The notes under the pieces were generated by a model. It saw nothing but the letters and a program-made list of their open reading frames with translations. It did no database searches and was not told where the DNA came from. Made by a program: the position numbers and the translations under genes. 64,000 nucleotides of DNA. Source: a bacterium (GTDB lineage: Bacteria; Krumholzibacteriota; Krumholzibacteriia; LZORAL124-64-63). This document shows, piece by piece, positions 1 to 10,656 of this stretch. Every line of letters starts with the position of its first letter. Positions within the stretch are counted from its first letter, which is position 1. Where the stretch lies: assembly GCA_031441465.1 (NCBI GenBank), contig JANOEP010000044.1, positions 9,852 through 73,851 of the forward strand. The letters run 5' to 3'.

Positions 1-3000
1 GAGGGCTGCGCGCAGGCCATCAGCCGGATCAGCACGCAGCACCTCGCCGAGCGGGTGCAGTTCAACGTCGTGCACAAGGGCGTCGGTGCCGTGACCGACG
101 ATCCCGGCTGCGACTGGGACGCCTGGAGCATCGAAGGCGCGTTCGCCGGCGCCGTCTGGGACATGGCCGACGACGACTACGGCACCGAGACGGACCACTT
201 CCGCTTCGACAGCCTCGGAGAGGACGTGTACGACCAGCTCGACCTCGAGGTCGTCGACATCCTGAACATCATGGCCCAGGACTGCGATGTCGAAGGACAC
301 GCGCCCTACCGCGCCCCCGGTTTCTTCCGCTGCGCGGCCGAGTACCTCGACGGCCTCGGCTCGCCGCAGGCCACGCGGGCCATGCTCTGGGAGACGGCCT
401 GGAACTTCGACCTGCAGATCGACGAGCAGTCGCCCGGGATGGTGCCGAACCTGACCGCGTCGTTCCCCGTCGGCACTCCGACGCAGATCGCCAACGGCAC
501 CTTCCACTGGCAGCAGCCCTGGGACGACATGTCGGGCGCCTGCGCCTACAGCGTCCAACTGTCCGTGGGGCACATGCAGACGCCCGACCGCATCGTCGAC
601 ACGACACACCTGTGGTGGGAGCCCGAGGAGCAGCTCGCGCCGGGCACCTACTACTTCTCGGTGCTCGCCATGGACCGTGCCGGGCGCTGGAGCGGCACCG
701 CCAGCAACTACGGGCCGATCGTGATCATCGCGCCGGGCCCCTCCGACCTCGAGCCCATGACCCCGGCCGGCTGGACGGCGTCGCTGGTGCTGCGCAACGT
801 CACGGTGGCGGCTCCGGACCCGGTGTTGCAGACCAGCCTGGTCAACGGCAGCAGCGTCTACTTCAACTGGGGCGAGCGCAACGTCGGCATCGGCACTTCG
901 GGGAACTTCGTGGACGTGATGTACCTTGACGGCAACCCGGTCTACACCTCGACCATTCGCCTGCTCAACGCCGGCGTCACGAACGCCCCGCGCAACAACG
1001 GGCCCGTGAACCTGGGCGCGATCGGCCGCCACACCGTGTGGGTGCGCGAGGACGGCATGGACAACGCGGCCGAGTCCGACGAGGACAACAACATCTACGC
1101 CAAACAGTTCGTCTTCGCGCCGCAGGACCTGGATCTGGGCGAGACGATCTCGCGCACGGGCGGCCTGCCCGACGCGACCGCCGGCCAGGGGATGCTGCCC
1201 ATCGGCAGCACGTTCTACCCCAACGGCGACGGCTTCGAGATCGAAGTCTGCCTCTTCCCCGAACTGGTCTGGGCCGTGCCGGACGACGCGGACGACCGGA
1301 TCGTGCTGCGCCTGCACCCGCACGACTTCAACCAGACCGGGTTCACCACGCCGCTGGCGACGTCGACCAGCCTCGCCGACCTGCCGGCGACCGTCATCCA
1401 GAACCCCTCCGAGACGATCATGACCAGCTACTGCGTCGGCGTCCTGGACGACGAAGGCAGTGGCGCCGACTACCGCATCCACCGCGAGATCGGGGAGTGC
1501 TTCGCCATGCCGGACACCCTGCCGGGGGTGCTGTCGACGGCCGACTGCCTGGACTTCTACCTGACCTACAACGAGCTCGGCGAGGAGGCGTGGTTCACGA
1601 TCAAGCTGGCCAACGCGAGCACGCGCGACCTGCAACTGCGCTTCTTCGAACCCGGGTTCGCCCTGGGCTCCCTGGCGAACGCCGACGCCCTCGTCACGGC
1701 CGCAGCGGGCGACACGGTACACCACAGCGTGCTGCTGCCGCCGGGCGCGATGGCGCTGACGGTGGTCACCCGGGATCCCCGTCCCGCCGGCTCGTCGCCG
1801 TACACGGTCTTCGCCTACCGGGCGAAGTCCGACCCGGCGGCCACGGTGCCCGCGGGCTGGTTCGCCAACGTCGTGCCGCAGATCGGCACGCCGTACAACG
1901 CCGCCTCGGACAATATCCCCGCCCCGACCTCGCTCACCGGAAACAGCGCGGCGACCGGCATCTACTGGTCGCTGAGCAACGAGAGCGCCGAGGCCGCGGT
2001 CCCGATCGGGCTGAGCCACAGCCTCTACCTGGACGGCACGAGCTTCCTCACCGGGACCTTCATCGAGGCGATCTCGCCGTCCTACACCGTCAAGGCCGTG
2101 CGCAGCACACTGCTGAACGTCCGCGGCGGCCGCCACGCGCTCACCCACAGCGTCAACAGCAACTCCGTCATCGACGAGGATGACTGGACCAACAACCGCC
2201 ACGGCCGGCAGTGGGTCTGGTCCGCCCAGAACCTGTCGGCGAACACGACCTACCAGCTGCCGGCGCCCGCGAACCCGTTCGGCGGCCTCGCCCAGGTGAC
2301 CGCGGGCACCGTGGCCCCGAACTGCGACGGCTACCGCCCGAGCACGCCGGTGATGCCGACCGTGCCGACGATCGTCGCCGCCTACGCGTGGGACGACGTG
2401 CTCGACGTGGATCTGGGGATCTACGCGAGCGCCACCGTGCAGGAGGGGTACACGTCGGACTACGCCCTGTCGCAGTGGAGCGGACCGGGCTGCGATTTCG
2501 TGCTGCGCGGCGTCGCGACGCACGGGACGGCCACGTTCAACCTCGGGGTCGTCCGCGCCGGCGGCCAGTCCACCGGCGACTACACCCTGGCCACCAAGAC
2601 GACCACCGACGCCTGGGCCAGCCCGGTCGACGGGCGGCTTCTCGGCACCGTGGAGGCGGGCAGCTACCTCGACGCCGTCCGCCTGGACCTGCCGGCAGGG
2701 ACCTACGTCTTCACCCTGACGAGCACCGACGTCGAGCTCGGCTTCTCCCTACACGACTTCAGCTTCGGCGCCACGGGCAAGACCGAGCCCTGGCAGGACG
2801 GGATCGCCTGGCAGACCGCCGAGGAAGGCAGCCCGTACGCGTCTTTCGCGGTGACGATCCCGGCCACCGGGGCGCCGACCGAGTTCGCGCTCGTGGTCTG
2901 GCGCACGGACGGAACCTCGGCCGCCCTGGACGGCGACTGGCGCGTCATGGTCGGCGACGATGTCACCGGCGTCGACGACGGCGAACCCGTGCCGGACGCC

Positions 3001-3285
3001 GTCACCGCTTCGCGGCTGCTGGGCGCGACGCCGAACCCGTTCAATCCGTCGACCGAAGTCGCGTACGAGGTGGCCCGTGCCGGCCGCGGCGAGTTGACGG
3101 TGCACGACGTGCGCGGGCGGCAGGTCCGGACTCTCGTCGAGGGCGAGCTGACGACGGGACGCCACGTCGTGATCTGGAACGGCCTGGACGATGCCGGGCA
3201 GCGTGTGCCCAGCGGCATCTACATGGTGCGCTTGCGATCGGCGGGGGGAGGGGAGGATCTGCTCAAGCTGACCCTCGTCAAGTGA
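1..3285 (+). CDS. Large secreted multi-domain protein (CARDB/Ig-like repeats) with C-terminal FlgD-Ig/T9SS-like domain; 5' end lies outside the window
   Basis: Frame open from base 1. Two CARDB-like segments end 'AESDEDNN' and 'IDEDDWTNN'. C-terminus is 'PNPFNPSTEVAY...VHDVRGRQVRTL...WNGLDDAG...SGIYMVRL'. Confidence 0.8.
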   Translation, partial: EGCAQAISRISTQHLAERVQFNVVHKGVGAVTDDPGCDWDAWSIEGAFAGAVWDMADDDYGTETDHFRFDSLGEDVYDQLDLEVVDILNIMAQDCDVEGHAPYRAPGFFRCAAEYLDGLGSPQATRAMLWETAWNFDLQIDEQSPGMVPNLTASFPVGTPTQIANGTFHWQQPWDDMSGACAYSVQLSVGHMQTPDRIVDTTHLWWEPEEQLAPGTYYFSVLAMDRAGRWSGTASNYGPIVIIAPGPSDLEPMTPAGWTASLVLRNVTVAAPDPVLQTSLVNGSSVYFNWGERNVGIGTSGNFVDVMYLDGNPVYTSTIRLLNAGVTNAPRNNGPVNLGAIGRHTVWVREDGMDNAAESDEDNNIYAKQFVFAPQDLDLGETISRTGGLPDATAGQGMLPIGSTFYPNGDGFEIEVCLFPELVWAVPDDADDRIVLRLHPHDFNQTGFTTPLATSTSLADLPATVIQNPSETIMTSYCVGVLDDEGSGADYRIHREIGECFAMPDTLPGVLSTADCLDFYLTYNELGEEAWFTIKLANASTRDLQLRFFEPGFALGSLANADALVTAAAGDTVHHSVLLPPGAMALTVVTRDPRPAGSSPYTVFAYRAKSDPAATVPAGWFANVVPQIGTPYNAASDNIPAPTSLTGNSAATGIYWSLSNESAEAAVPIGLSHSLYLDGTSFLTGTFIEAISPSYTVKAVRSTLLNVRGGRHALTHSVNSNSVIDEDDWTNNRHGRQWVWSAQNLSANTTYQLPAPANPFGGLAQVTAGTVAPNCDGYRPSTPVMPTVPTIVAAYAWDDVLDVDLGIYASATVQEGYTSDYALSQWSGPGCDFVLRGVATHGTATFNLGVVRAGGQSTGDYTLATKTTTDAWASPVDGRLLGTVEAGSYLDAVRLDLPAGTYVFTLTSTDVELGFSLHDFSFGATGKTEPWQDGIAWQTAEEGSPYASFAVTIPATGAPTEFALVVWRTDGTSAALDGDWRVMVGDDVTGVDDGEPVPDAVTASRLLGATPNPFNPSTEVAYEVARAGRGELTVHDVRGRQVRTLVEGELTTGRHVVIWNGLDDAGQRVPSGIYMVRLRSAGGGEDLLKLTLVK

Positions 3286-3313
3286 CGGTGGCCTCGGCCG
3301 AGTGGAACCGACT

Positions 3314-3348
3314 GCGCCCCGCTCCTGTATGAGCGGGGCGCGTGTTTT
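3314..3348 (+). terminator. Intrinsic terminator
   Basis: 11-bp stem GCGCCCCGCTC/GAGCGGGGCGC followed by GTGTTTT, downstream of the stop at 3285. Confidence 0.65.
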
Positions 3349-3523
3349 AGGGAGACCCGGCGCGCGCCGGCGATTCGCCGACTCTGGGGATGCCGGCCGC
3401 AGATATCCTAGGCTATTACCAGGAATTTGCTGTAGATTACCCACCTGTTGAATGTTCGCCCGGGACGGCAGGGCGCTCCGAGCGTGTTGCCGGCCGGCCC
3501 GCTGTTCCGCCGAAGGAGAACCC

Positions 3524-4078
3524 ATGTTCCAGCGCCTGCCGATCGTCGCCGTCGCGGCCGTCGCCATCCTGCCCCTGCTCGCCGTGGCCGCCGGTGCCGG
3601 ATCCGCGACGGTCGCGCCCCTGCACGGCGGCGCCGTCACCGCCACCAAGGCCCACGCCTTCGAGACCCTGATCACGCCGCAGGGGGTGCGCGTCTTCCTC
3701 TACACCGACGAATCGGCGCCGGCCATGGTCGAGAAGGCGACCGGCACCGCCAAGCTGGCGCTGCCCGACGGCCGCACGCTCGACGTGCCCCTGAAGACGC
3801 GCCAGCCGGCCGGCGGCGAGCCCACCGCCTACTTCTGCCCCATGCACGCCGAAGTCGTGCGCGACGCGCCGGGCAAGTGTGAGCTGTGCGGCGGGATGGT
3901 CCTCTTCGTGCAGGACCACCTGTTCGGCGCCGCCGATCTCGGGGCCGTCGACCCCGCCGCGGTCACGGCGTTGATCCGCGTGTCCGGCCTGCGGGGCGCC
4001 GAGAAAGAGGCGACTTTCACGCCGGCCTTCTCGACGCCCGACGAGAAGGCCGGAGCCGTGCAGGCGGGCCAAGAATAA
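3524..4078 (+). CDS. Exported heavy-metal-binding domain protein (CPMH-type HMBD)
   Basis: AAGGAG RBS before ATG 3524, signal peptide, motif YFCPMH...PGKCELCGG. First gene of the cus-like operon. Confidence 0.8.
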   Translation: MFQRLPIVAVAAVAILPLLAVAAGAGSATVAPLHGGAVTATKAHAFETLITPQGVRVFLYTDESAPAMVEKATGTAKLALPDGRTLDVPLKTRQPAGGEPTAYFCPMHAEVVRDAPGKCELCGGMVLFVQDHLFGAADLGAVDPAAVTALIRVSGLRGAEKEATFTPAFSTPDEKAGAVQAGQE

Positions 4079-4125
4079 GCGGGGAGGCCGGCACGCCGGA
4101 TCTCCTGGCTTCCGAACCGTTCGCG

Positions 4126-5340
4126 GTGATCTCCGGCAACAGGGACGCCGCCGCCGCCGTCGTCGCGGCCGATTCCCTCGTCGCCCTGGCCCTGGCCCGC
4201 TCGCCCCGCCTCGCGGCGCTCGCCGAGTACATCGCCGTCGCGCGCGAGGAGGCGCCCGCCGAAGGCGCCCTGCCCGACCCGATGGTCGGCTTCAGCGCGC
4301 GCGGCGAAGACTACCCCGGCGCCGGCATCGGCGAGGATCCGATGGCCATGGCCGCGTTCGAGGTCAGCCAGACCCTGCCGTGGCCCGGCAAGCGCGGGCG
4401 CCGGCAAGCCGCGGCCGCAGCCAAGGTCGCCGTTGCCGAGGCGGAACTCGTCGCGGCGCGGCGGCGCCTCGCGGCCGAGGTGCGCGCCGCCTATGCCGAG
4501 CAGGCGGTGATCGATGCGCAGCGGGCGACGTTGCGCGAAGCGATCGCCCTGGTCGAACTGCTGGTCCCCGCCGTCACGGCGCGCTACGCGAACGGCCTGG
4601 CCGGCCAGAGCGACGTGGTCGGCCTGCAGCTCGAGCGGCTGCGCCTGGAGGTCGACCTGGAGGATCTCGACACGCGGTGCGCCGAGCATCTGGCCGAATT
4701 GTCCGCCGCGCTCGATCTGCCAGTCTCCGATCTGCCGCCGCTGGACGCGGGTCTGCCGGCCGTCGCGCCCGCCGACGTGGCCTCCGTCGCGGCCGGCGAC
4801 CTCGCCGAGGTCGCCGCAGCCGAGGCCCGCGTGAACGCCGCCGCGCAGCGGGCCGCCGCGGCCGAAGGCGAAGGCTCGCCCGACCTCGTCCTGGGCGCCG
4901 AGTACGGCTGGCGCGACGCGCTGCCGCCGATGGTCACCGCCCGCCTGGGCGTGGAGCTGCCGCTGTGGCAGGGCCGCAAGCAGGACGCCCTGGCCCGCGC
5001 CGCCGGTCGCGAGCACCTGATGGCCGAGGCCGAACGGCGCGACGCGCTCGCCATGGCCGGGGCGGAAGTCGCGGGACTGCAGGCGCGCGCCGGCGCCGCG
5101 CAGCGGCAGATCGAACGTCTCCGCAACGGCATCCTGCCCCAGGCGACCCTGGTCGTCGAGTCGGCCCGCTCCGGGTACGCCACGGGCGTCGCCGACGCCG
5201 CCGAGGTGATCATGGCCCTGCGTCAGCTCGTCGAATCCCGCGCGATGCTGGTCGAACGCGAGGCCGACCTGTACACCGCTTGGGCCGCGCTGCGCGCCCT
5301 CGCGGGCCGCGACCCCGTTCTTCAGGAGTACCGCCGATGA
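4126..5340 (+). CDS. TolC/CusC-family outer-membrane efflux protein; start uncertain
   Basis: 'GALPDPMV', 'SQTLPWPGKR' and 'VELPLW' are typical of heavy-metal TolC proteins. Stop overlaps the next ATG (ATGA). First in-frame start after 4078 is GTG 4126. Confidence 0.8.
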   Translation: MISGNRDAAAAVVAADSLVALALARSPRLAALAEYIAVAREEAPAEGALPDPMVGFSARGEDYPGAGIGEDPMAMAAFEVSQTLPWPGKRGRRQAAAAAKVAVAEAELVAARRRLAAEVRAAYAEQAVIDAQRATLREAIALVELLVPAVTARYANGLAGQSDVVGLQLERLRLEVDLEDLDTRCAEHLAELSAALDLPVSDLPPLDAGLPAVAPADVASVAAGDLAEVAAAEARVNAAAQRAAAAEGEGSPDLVLGAEYGWRDALPPMVTARLGVELPLWQGRKQDALARAAGREHLMAEAERRDALAMAGAEVAGLQARAGAAQRQIERLRNGILPQATLVVESARSGYATGVADAAEVIMALRQLVESRAMLVEREADLYTAWAALRALAGRDPVLQEYRR

Positions 5341-6653
5341 AGCACGCGCCGTTGCCGGCCTTCGCGCTCGCCTTCCTCGTCCTCTTCGTCGCACTCGCCG
5401 TCGGCGGCTGCGACGGCGGCCATGATCGCGGCGCGCAGGGCGGCGAGGCGGCCGGCGCGGGGCGGACCGCCGCCGCGGACGAGAAGTGGCTTTGCCCCAT
5501 GCACCCCACCTACATCGTCGACCGCAAGGGCGCCTGCCCCATCTGCGGCATGGACCTGGTGCCGGCGGTGGAGTTCTCGGCACAGCAGGGCGCTGCGGCG
5601 TCGGGTGTCCCGGGCATGGCGGCCATGGAATTGAGCGACGAGGCTGTCCGCCTCGCGGGCGTGCGGACGCATCCCGCGACGATGGAGCCGCTGAGCACCG
5701 GGATCCGGGCCGTCGGCCTGATCGTCGCCGACGAGACGCGCGTGCGCAGCGTGCAGACGCGGGTCGCCGGCTGGATCGAGTCGCTGGCCGTGAATTCGGT
5801 CGGGGCGCGCGTGTCCGCGGGCGAGCCCCTGCTGACCATCTACTCGCCGGAACTCGTGGCGGGCCAGGAGGAGCTGCTGCGCGCCGTCGCCGCCCGCGAC
5901 GCCGCCGGCGGCGAACCGCAGTCGCTGGCCAACGCCGAACTGCTCGTCGCCGCGGCGCGCCGCCGCCTGCAGCTCTTCGAGGTGCCCGACAGCTTCGTCG
6001 CGAGGCTCGAGGAGACCGGCGCGGTCCTGCGCACCGTGCCCCTGCGCTCGCCTGCGTCCGGCGTCGTCACGGAGCGCATGGCCTACGTGGGCATGCAGGT
6101 GGAGCCGGGCATGGCCCTCTTCCAGGTCACGGACCTCGCCGTGGTGTGGGTCGACGCCCGCTTCTACGAATACGAGGCCGGCCTGGTCGTCGAGGGCGCG
6201 CCGGTCGAGGTGCGCCTGCCGCACGACCCCGGGCTCGTCCTGCAGGGTGCGATCGACTACGTCTACCCGACGCTGGACGACGCCTCGCGCACCCTCTCCG
6301 CGCGCGTCGTCCTGGCCAACGATTTCGGGTTGCTGAGGCCGGGCATGTACGCGGACGTGACGCTCTTCGCCGACCGGGGCGAAGCCCTGGTCGTCCCCGA
6401 CGACGCCATCCTCGACACCGGCGAACGCCGCCTGGTGTTCGTGTCCCTCGGCGAGGGGCGCTTCACCCCGCGCGAGGTCGAAGTGGGGGTCCGCGCGCAC
6501 GGCAAGGCGCAGATCCTGAGCGGCCTCTCGGCCGGGGAGCAGGTCGTCGTGAAGGCCAACTTCCTGCTGGACAGCGAGTCGCGCCTCCGCGCCGCGCTCG
6601 CGGGCGCCGGCGCCGCCGTCCCGACGGGCGGCCACGCGGAGGAGCACCGGTGA
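5337..6653 (+). CDS. cusB: CusB-family RND periplasmic adaptor with N-terminal HMBD
   Basis: WLCPMHP...GACPICGMDLVP, GWIESL, IYSPELV, LRPGMY and ANFLLDSESRL motifs. ATGA/GTGA coupling on both sides. Confidence 0.88.
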   Translation: MKHAPLPAFALAFLVLFVALAVGGCDGGHDRGAQGGEAAGAGRTAAADEKWLCPMHPTYIVDRKGACPICGMDLVPAVEFSAQQGAAASGVPGMAAMELSDEAVRLAGVRTHPATMEPLSTGIRAVGLIVADETRVRSVQTRVAGWIESLAVNSVGARVSAGEPLLTIYSPELVAGQEELLRAVAARDAAGGEPQSLANAELLVAAARRRLQLFEVPDSFVARLEETGAVLRTVPLRSPASGVVTERMAYVGMQVEPGMALFQVTDLAVVWVDARFYEYEAGLVVEGAPVEVRLPHDPGLVLQGAIDYVYPTLDDASRTLSARVVLANDFGLLRPGMYADVTLFADRGEALVVPDDAILDTGERRLVFVSLGEGRFTPREVEVGVRAHGKAQILSGLSAGEQVVVKANFLLDSESRLRAALAGAGAAVPTGGHAEEHR

Positions 6654-9600
6654 TCCCGCGCATCATCGAGTTCAGCGCGCGCAACCGCCTCCTGGTGCTC
6701 GTGCTCACGGCGCTGGCCTGCGCGTACGCCGTCCACACGCTGCAGACGATCCGCCTCGACGCGCTGCCCGACCTGTCGGACACCCAGGTGATCATCGCCG
6801 CGAAGTGGGACCGCTCGCCGGACATCATGGAAGACCAGGTCACCTACCCCGTGGTCAGCGGCCTGCTCGGGGCGCCCCGGGTGAAGGCCATCCGCGGCTT
6901 CTCGGACTTCGGCTATTCCTTCGTCTACGTGATCTTCGAGGACGGCACCGACCTCTACTGGGCGCGCTCGCGGGTGCTCGAGTACCTGGACGAGATCCAG
7001 CCGCGGCTGCCCGCCGGGGTGAACGTCGCGCTGGGACCCGACGCCACGGGCGTGGGCTGGGTCTTCCAGTACGCGCTGGCGGACCCCGAGGGCCGCCACG
7101 GTCTCGACGAACTGCGTTCCTACCAGGACTGGACGTTGCGCTACGCGATCCAGGCCGTGCCCGGCGTGGCCGAAGTGGCCTCCATCGGCGGTTACCAGCG
7201 GCAATTCCAGATCACGGTCGATCCCGTCCGCCTCGCGGCCCTCGGGGTGCCGCTGCACGCGGTGATGGGAGCCGTCCAGGCCTCCAATAACGAGGTGGGC
7301 GGCCGCCTGCTCGAGTGGAGCGGCGCCGAGTACATGGTCCGCGGCCGCGGTTACGCCAAGACGCTCGCGGACTTCGAACAGATCGTCGTGAAGACCGCCG
7401 CCGGCGGCGTGCCGGTGCTGTTGAGCGACGTCGCCCGCGTGGAACTGGGACCCGACCTGCGCCGCGGCGTGGCCGACCTCGACGGCGGCGGCGACGCGGT
7501 GGGCGGCATCGTCGTGATGCGCCACGGCGAGAACGCCCTGCGCGTGATCGAGCGCGTCAAGGAGAGGCTGCACGAGCTGGAACCCGGCCTGCCGGCGGGC
7601 GTCGAGTTCGTCACCACCTACGACCGCAGCGACCTCATCCACCGCGCCATCGACACCCTCAAGCACGAGCTGCTGCTGCAGATGATCATCGTGTCGCTGG
7701 TGATCCTGGTCTTCCTGTGGCACGTGCCGTCGGCCATCGTGCCCATCATCACGATCCCCGTCTCGGTGCTGCTGGCCTTCATCCCGCTGCGCGCCCTGGG
7801 CGTCACGGTGAACATCATGTCGCTCGCCGGCATCGCCATTTCCATCGGCGTGCTCGTCGACGGGGCCATCGTCGAGGTGGAGAACGCCTACAACCGGATC
7901 CACCTCTGGCAGGTGGGCGGCCGCAAGGGGAGCTTCCACGACGTGCGCCTCGAGGCGCTCAAGGAGGTCGGTCCTTCGGTCTTCTTCTCGCTGCTGGTGA
8001 TCGCGGTGGCCTTCATCCCGGTCTTCACCCTGGTCGACCAGGAGGGCCGGTTGTTCCGGCCGCTCGCCTTCTCGAAGAACCTCGCGATGGCCCTCGCCGC
8101 CGTCCTCGCCATCACGCTGGACCCGGCGATGCGCATGATGTTCGCGCGCAGCGACCCGTTCACGTTCAAGCCCCGCGCCCTGGCGCGCTTCGCCAGCGCG
8201 GCCCTCGTCGGCACCTACCACGACGAATTGAAGCACCCGATCAGCCGCGCGATCTACCGCGTCTACGACCCCGCCTGCCGCTTCGTGCTGCGCCACCCGG
8301 CGGCGGTGATCCTCGCGGCGTTCCTGGCGGTCGCGGCCACCGTCCCGATGTACTTCCGCCTGGGCACCGAGTTCATGCCGCCCCTGAACGAGGGGTCCAT
8401 CCTCTACATGCCGACGACGCTGCCGGGCATCTCGGTGACGCAGGCCGTCGAGCTGATGACGACGCAGGACCGCGTCCTGAAGTCGTTCCCCGAGGTCCTG
8501 AGCGTGTTCGGCAAGGCCGGCCGCGCCGACACGGCCACCGACCCGGCGCCGCTGTCGATGATGGAGACCACGGTCATCCTCAAACCCGCGGACCAGTGGC
8601 GGCCCAAGGCGCGCTGGTACAGCGGCCGCCTGCCGGATTTCCTGCTGCCGCTGGTGCGGCCGATCTGGCCCGACCGCATCTCCTGGGCCGAACTGGTGGA
8701 CGAGATGGACCGCGCCCTGCGCATCCCGGGCGTGACCAACGCCTGGACCATGCCCATCAAGGCCCGCACCGACATGCTCACCACGGGCGTGCGCACCCCG
8801 GTGGGCATCAAGATCTTCGGGCCCGACCTCGCCGAGCTCGAGCGCCTCGGCACGCGGATCGAGTCGATCCTGCCCGCGGTCGCGGGCACCCGCAGCGTCT
8901 TCGCCGAGCGCGCCGCGGGCGGCTACTTCGTGGACATCGAGCCCCGCCGCGGCGAGCTGGCCCGCCTCGGCCTCACCGTCGCCGACCTCCAGGATGTGAT
9001 CATGTTCGCCGTCGGCGGCGAGAACGTCGGCACCGTGATCGACGGCCGGGCCCGGTACTCCATCAACGTCCGCTACCCGCGCGAGCTGCGCGACGATCTC
9101 GACAAGCTCGGGCGCGTCCTCGTCGACGCGCCCGGCGGCGCCGCCGTGCCGCTCGCGCAGGTCGCCGACCTGAAGATCGTCTCCGGCCCGGCGATGCTGC
9201 GCGACGAGAACGGGTTCCTCGCCAGCTACGTCTACGTCGACGTCGCGGGCCGCGACATCGGCGGCTACGTGGAAGAAGCCAAGCGCGTCGTGCGCGAGCA
9301 GGTCGCGTTGCCGGCCGGCTACGTCCTGCAATGGAGCGGCCAGTACGAGAACATGCTGCGGGTCGAGAAGCGCCTGCGGCTCGTCGTGCCGGCCACCCTG
9401 GTGCTCATCTTCCTGCTGCTGCTCGCGAACACGCGCTCGAGCTTCAAGGCGGGCGTGATCCTGCTGTCGGTGCCCTTCTCGGCAGTGGGCGCCATCTGGC
9501 TGCTCCACTTCCTGGACTACAACGTCTCGATCGCCGTGTGGGTGGGGCTGATCGCCCTGCTGGGCCTCGACGCCGAGACCGCCGTCTTCATGCTGCTGTT

Positions 9601-9931
9601 CCTCGACCTGTCGTACGACCAGGCCAAGCGCGAGGGCCGGCTGCGCGACCTCGCCGAGCTGGACGAGGCCATCCACCACGGCGCCGTCAAGCGCGCCCGG
9701 CCGAAACTGATGACCGTCGCCGCGACCTTCATCGGGCTGCTGCCCATCATGTGGTCGACCGGGGCGGGCGCGGACGTGATGAAGAGGATCGCGGCGCCGA
9801 TGATCGGCGGGCTCGTGACGTCCTTCCTGCTGGAACTGCTCGTGTACCCGGCGGTCTACAAGCTTTGGAAGATGCGGGAGCTGGGCCTGTCGTTCCCCGC
9901 CGGACGGCGGCTGCGGGCGGGGCGCTTGTAA
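6650..9931 (+). CDS. cusA: CusA/CzcA-family heavy-metal RND permease
   Basis: 'LDALPDLSDTQVI', 'GPDATGVGWVFQY', 'EFMPPLNEG', 'RPKLMT', 'DVMKRIAAPMIGG'. Confidence 0.95.
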   Translation: MIPRIIEFSARNRLLVLVLTALACAYAVHTLQTIRLDALPDLSDTQVIIAAKWDRSPDIMEDQVTYPVVSGLLGAPRVKAIRGFSDFGYSFVYVIFEDGTDLYWARSRVLEYLDEIQPRLPAGVNVALGPDATGVGWVFQYALADPEGRHGLDELRSYQDWTLRYAIQAVPGVAEVASIGGYQRQFQITVDPVRLAALGVPLHAVMGAVQASNNEVGGRLLEWSGAEYMVRGRGYAKTLADFEQIVVKTAAGGVPVLLSDVARVELGPDLRRGVADLDGGGDAVGGIVVMRHGENALRVIERVKERLHELEPGLPAGVEFVTTYDRSDLIHRAIDTLKHELLLQMIIVSLVILVFLWHVPSAIVPIITIPVSVLLAFIPLRALGVTVNIMSLAGIAISIGVLVDGAIVEVENAYNRIHLWQVGGRKGSFHDVRLEALKEVGPSVFFSLLVIAVAFIPVFTLVDQEGRLFRPLAFSKNLAMALAAVLAITLDPAMRMMFARSDPFTFKPRALARFASAALVGTYHDELKHPISRAIYRVYDPACRFVLRHPAAVILAAFLAVAATVPMYFRLGTEFMPPLNEGSILYMPTTLPGISVTQAVELMTTQDRVLKSFPEVLSVFGKAGRADTATDPAPLSMMETTVILKPADQWRPKARWYSGRLPDFLLPLVRPIWPDRISWAELVDEMDRALRIPGVTNAWTMPIKARTDMLTTGVRTPVGIKIFGPDLAELERLGTRIESILPAVAGTRSVFAERAAGGYFVDIEPRRGELARLGLTVADLQDVIMFAVGGENVGTVIDGRARYSINVRYPRELRDDLDKLGRVLVDAPGGAAVPLAQVADLKIVSGPAMLRDENGFLASYVYVDVAGRDIGGYVEEAKRVVREQVALPAGYVLQWSGQYENMLRVEKRLRLVVPATLVLIFLLLLANTRSSFKAGVILLSVPFSAVGAIWLLHFLDYNVSIAVWVGLIALLGLDAETAVFMLLFLDLSYDQAKREGRLRDLAELDEAIHHGAVKRARPKLMTVAATFIGLLPIMWSTGAGADVMKRIAAPMIGGLVTSFLLELLVYPAVYKLWKMRELGLSFPAGRRLRAGRL

Positions 9932-10031
9932 TTCCCCGGCGGATTTGCTAACCTCATGGCGTCAAATCGCCCGAGATGACACCCCCGGTCCTTTCCGGGC
10001 TCCTCCTCGCGTCAGCGGATGGGAGTTTGTC

Positions 10032-10610
10032 GTGCATCGGCGGCGCACCTGGGTCCGGACTCTCTCGCTCCTGTTTAGCTTCGCCACGCTCATCCCCGCG
10101 AGCGCCGGCGCCCAATCGATCGTCATCACCCTGCAGGCACACTCCGATGTCGTCACCTCCGACCTTCACCGCTTCGGCGTGCACGACGACGCCCTGATGG
10201 GCCTGGACGGCTATGATCTGCCGGAACCGCCGCCGCCTCCCGGCAGCTACCTGAGCCTGTCTTTCGTGATGCCCGGCGCGGCGACGGACCTGCCGAACCG
10301 CTGGCGCCACGAGCTGCGCCCGTCGGAGATCTTCATGGATCAGACCGAGACCTGGGAGCTGGTCCTGGAGACCGACCAGGTCGGCCGGCCGCTGTTGCTG
10401 GACTTCGCCGCGGAGATCGGGGCGCAGTACCCGCTGGCCGTGACGATCGTCGCGCCGCCGGAGCGCGCGTACCGCGTCGAGCTGCCGGCCCAGCTGCCCT
10501 TCGTGGCGCTGGCGCCCGTCACGACGCTCCGGCTGGAATTGACGTCCGACGATCCCGTCGCTACGCAAGACGTCGATTGGGGCGCGCTCAAGCGGCGGTA
10601 CGAGCGATGA
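10032..10610 (+). CDS. Secreted protein of unknown function with C-terminal WGxxKxxY tail
   Basis: GGGAG RBS before GTG 10032, signal peptide ending ASAGA, 'GLDGYDLPEPPPPP' domain, ends VDWGALKRRYER. Confidence 0.75.
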   Translation: MHRRRTWVRTLSLLFSFATLIPASAGAQSIVITLQAHSDVVTSDLHRFGVHDDALMGLDGYDLPEPPPPPGSYLSLSFVMPGAATDLPNRWRHELRPSEIFMDQTETWELVLETDQVGRPLLLDFAAEIGAQYPLAVTIVAPPERAYRVELPAQLPFVALAPVTTLRLELTSDDPVATQDVDWGALKRRYER

Positions 10611-10656
10611 GTGCAGCTTGGATCGGGAGCAATTCCTTCATGACGGGAGCTCGACC

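Noticed and set aside
5486..6649. 1481-aa ORF implying a long N-terminal extension on CusA (likewise 4380..6653 for CusB)
   Set aside because: The extensions are Arg/Gly/Pro-rich shadow translations. True starts are the coupled GTG 6650 and ATG 5337.
6263..9951. Very long alternative-frame and antisense ORFs over cusA (and similar ones throughout the window)
   Set aside because: Expected stop-codon scarcity in high-GC DNA; no motifs; they overlap well-supported genes.
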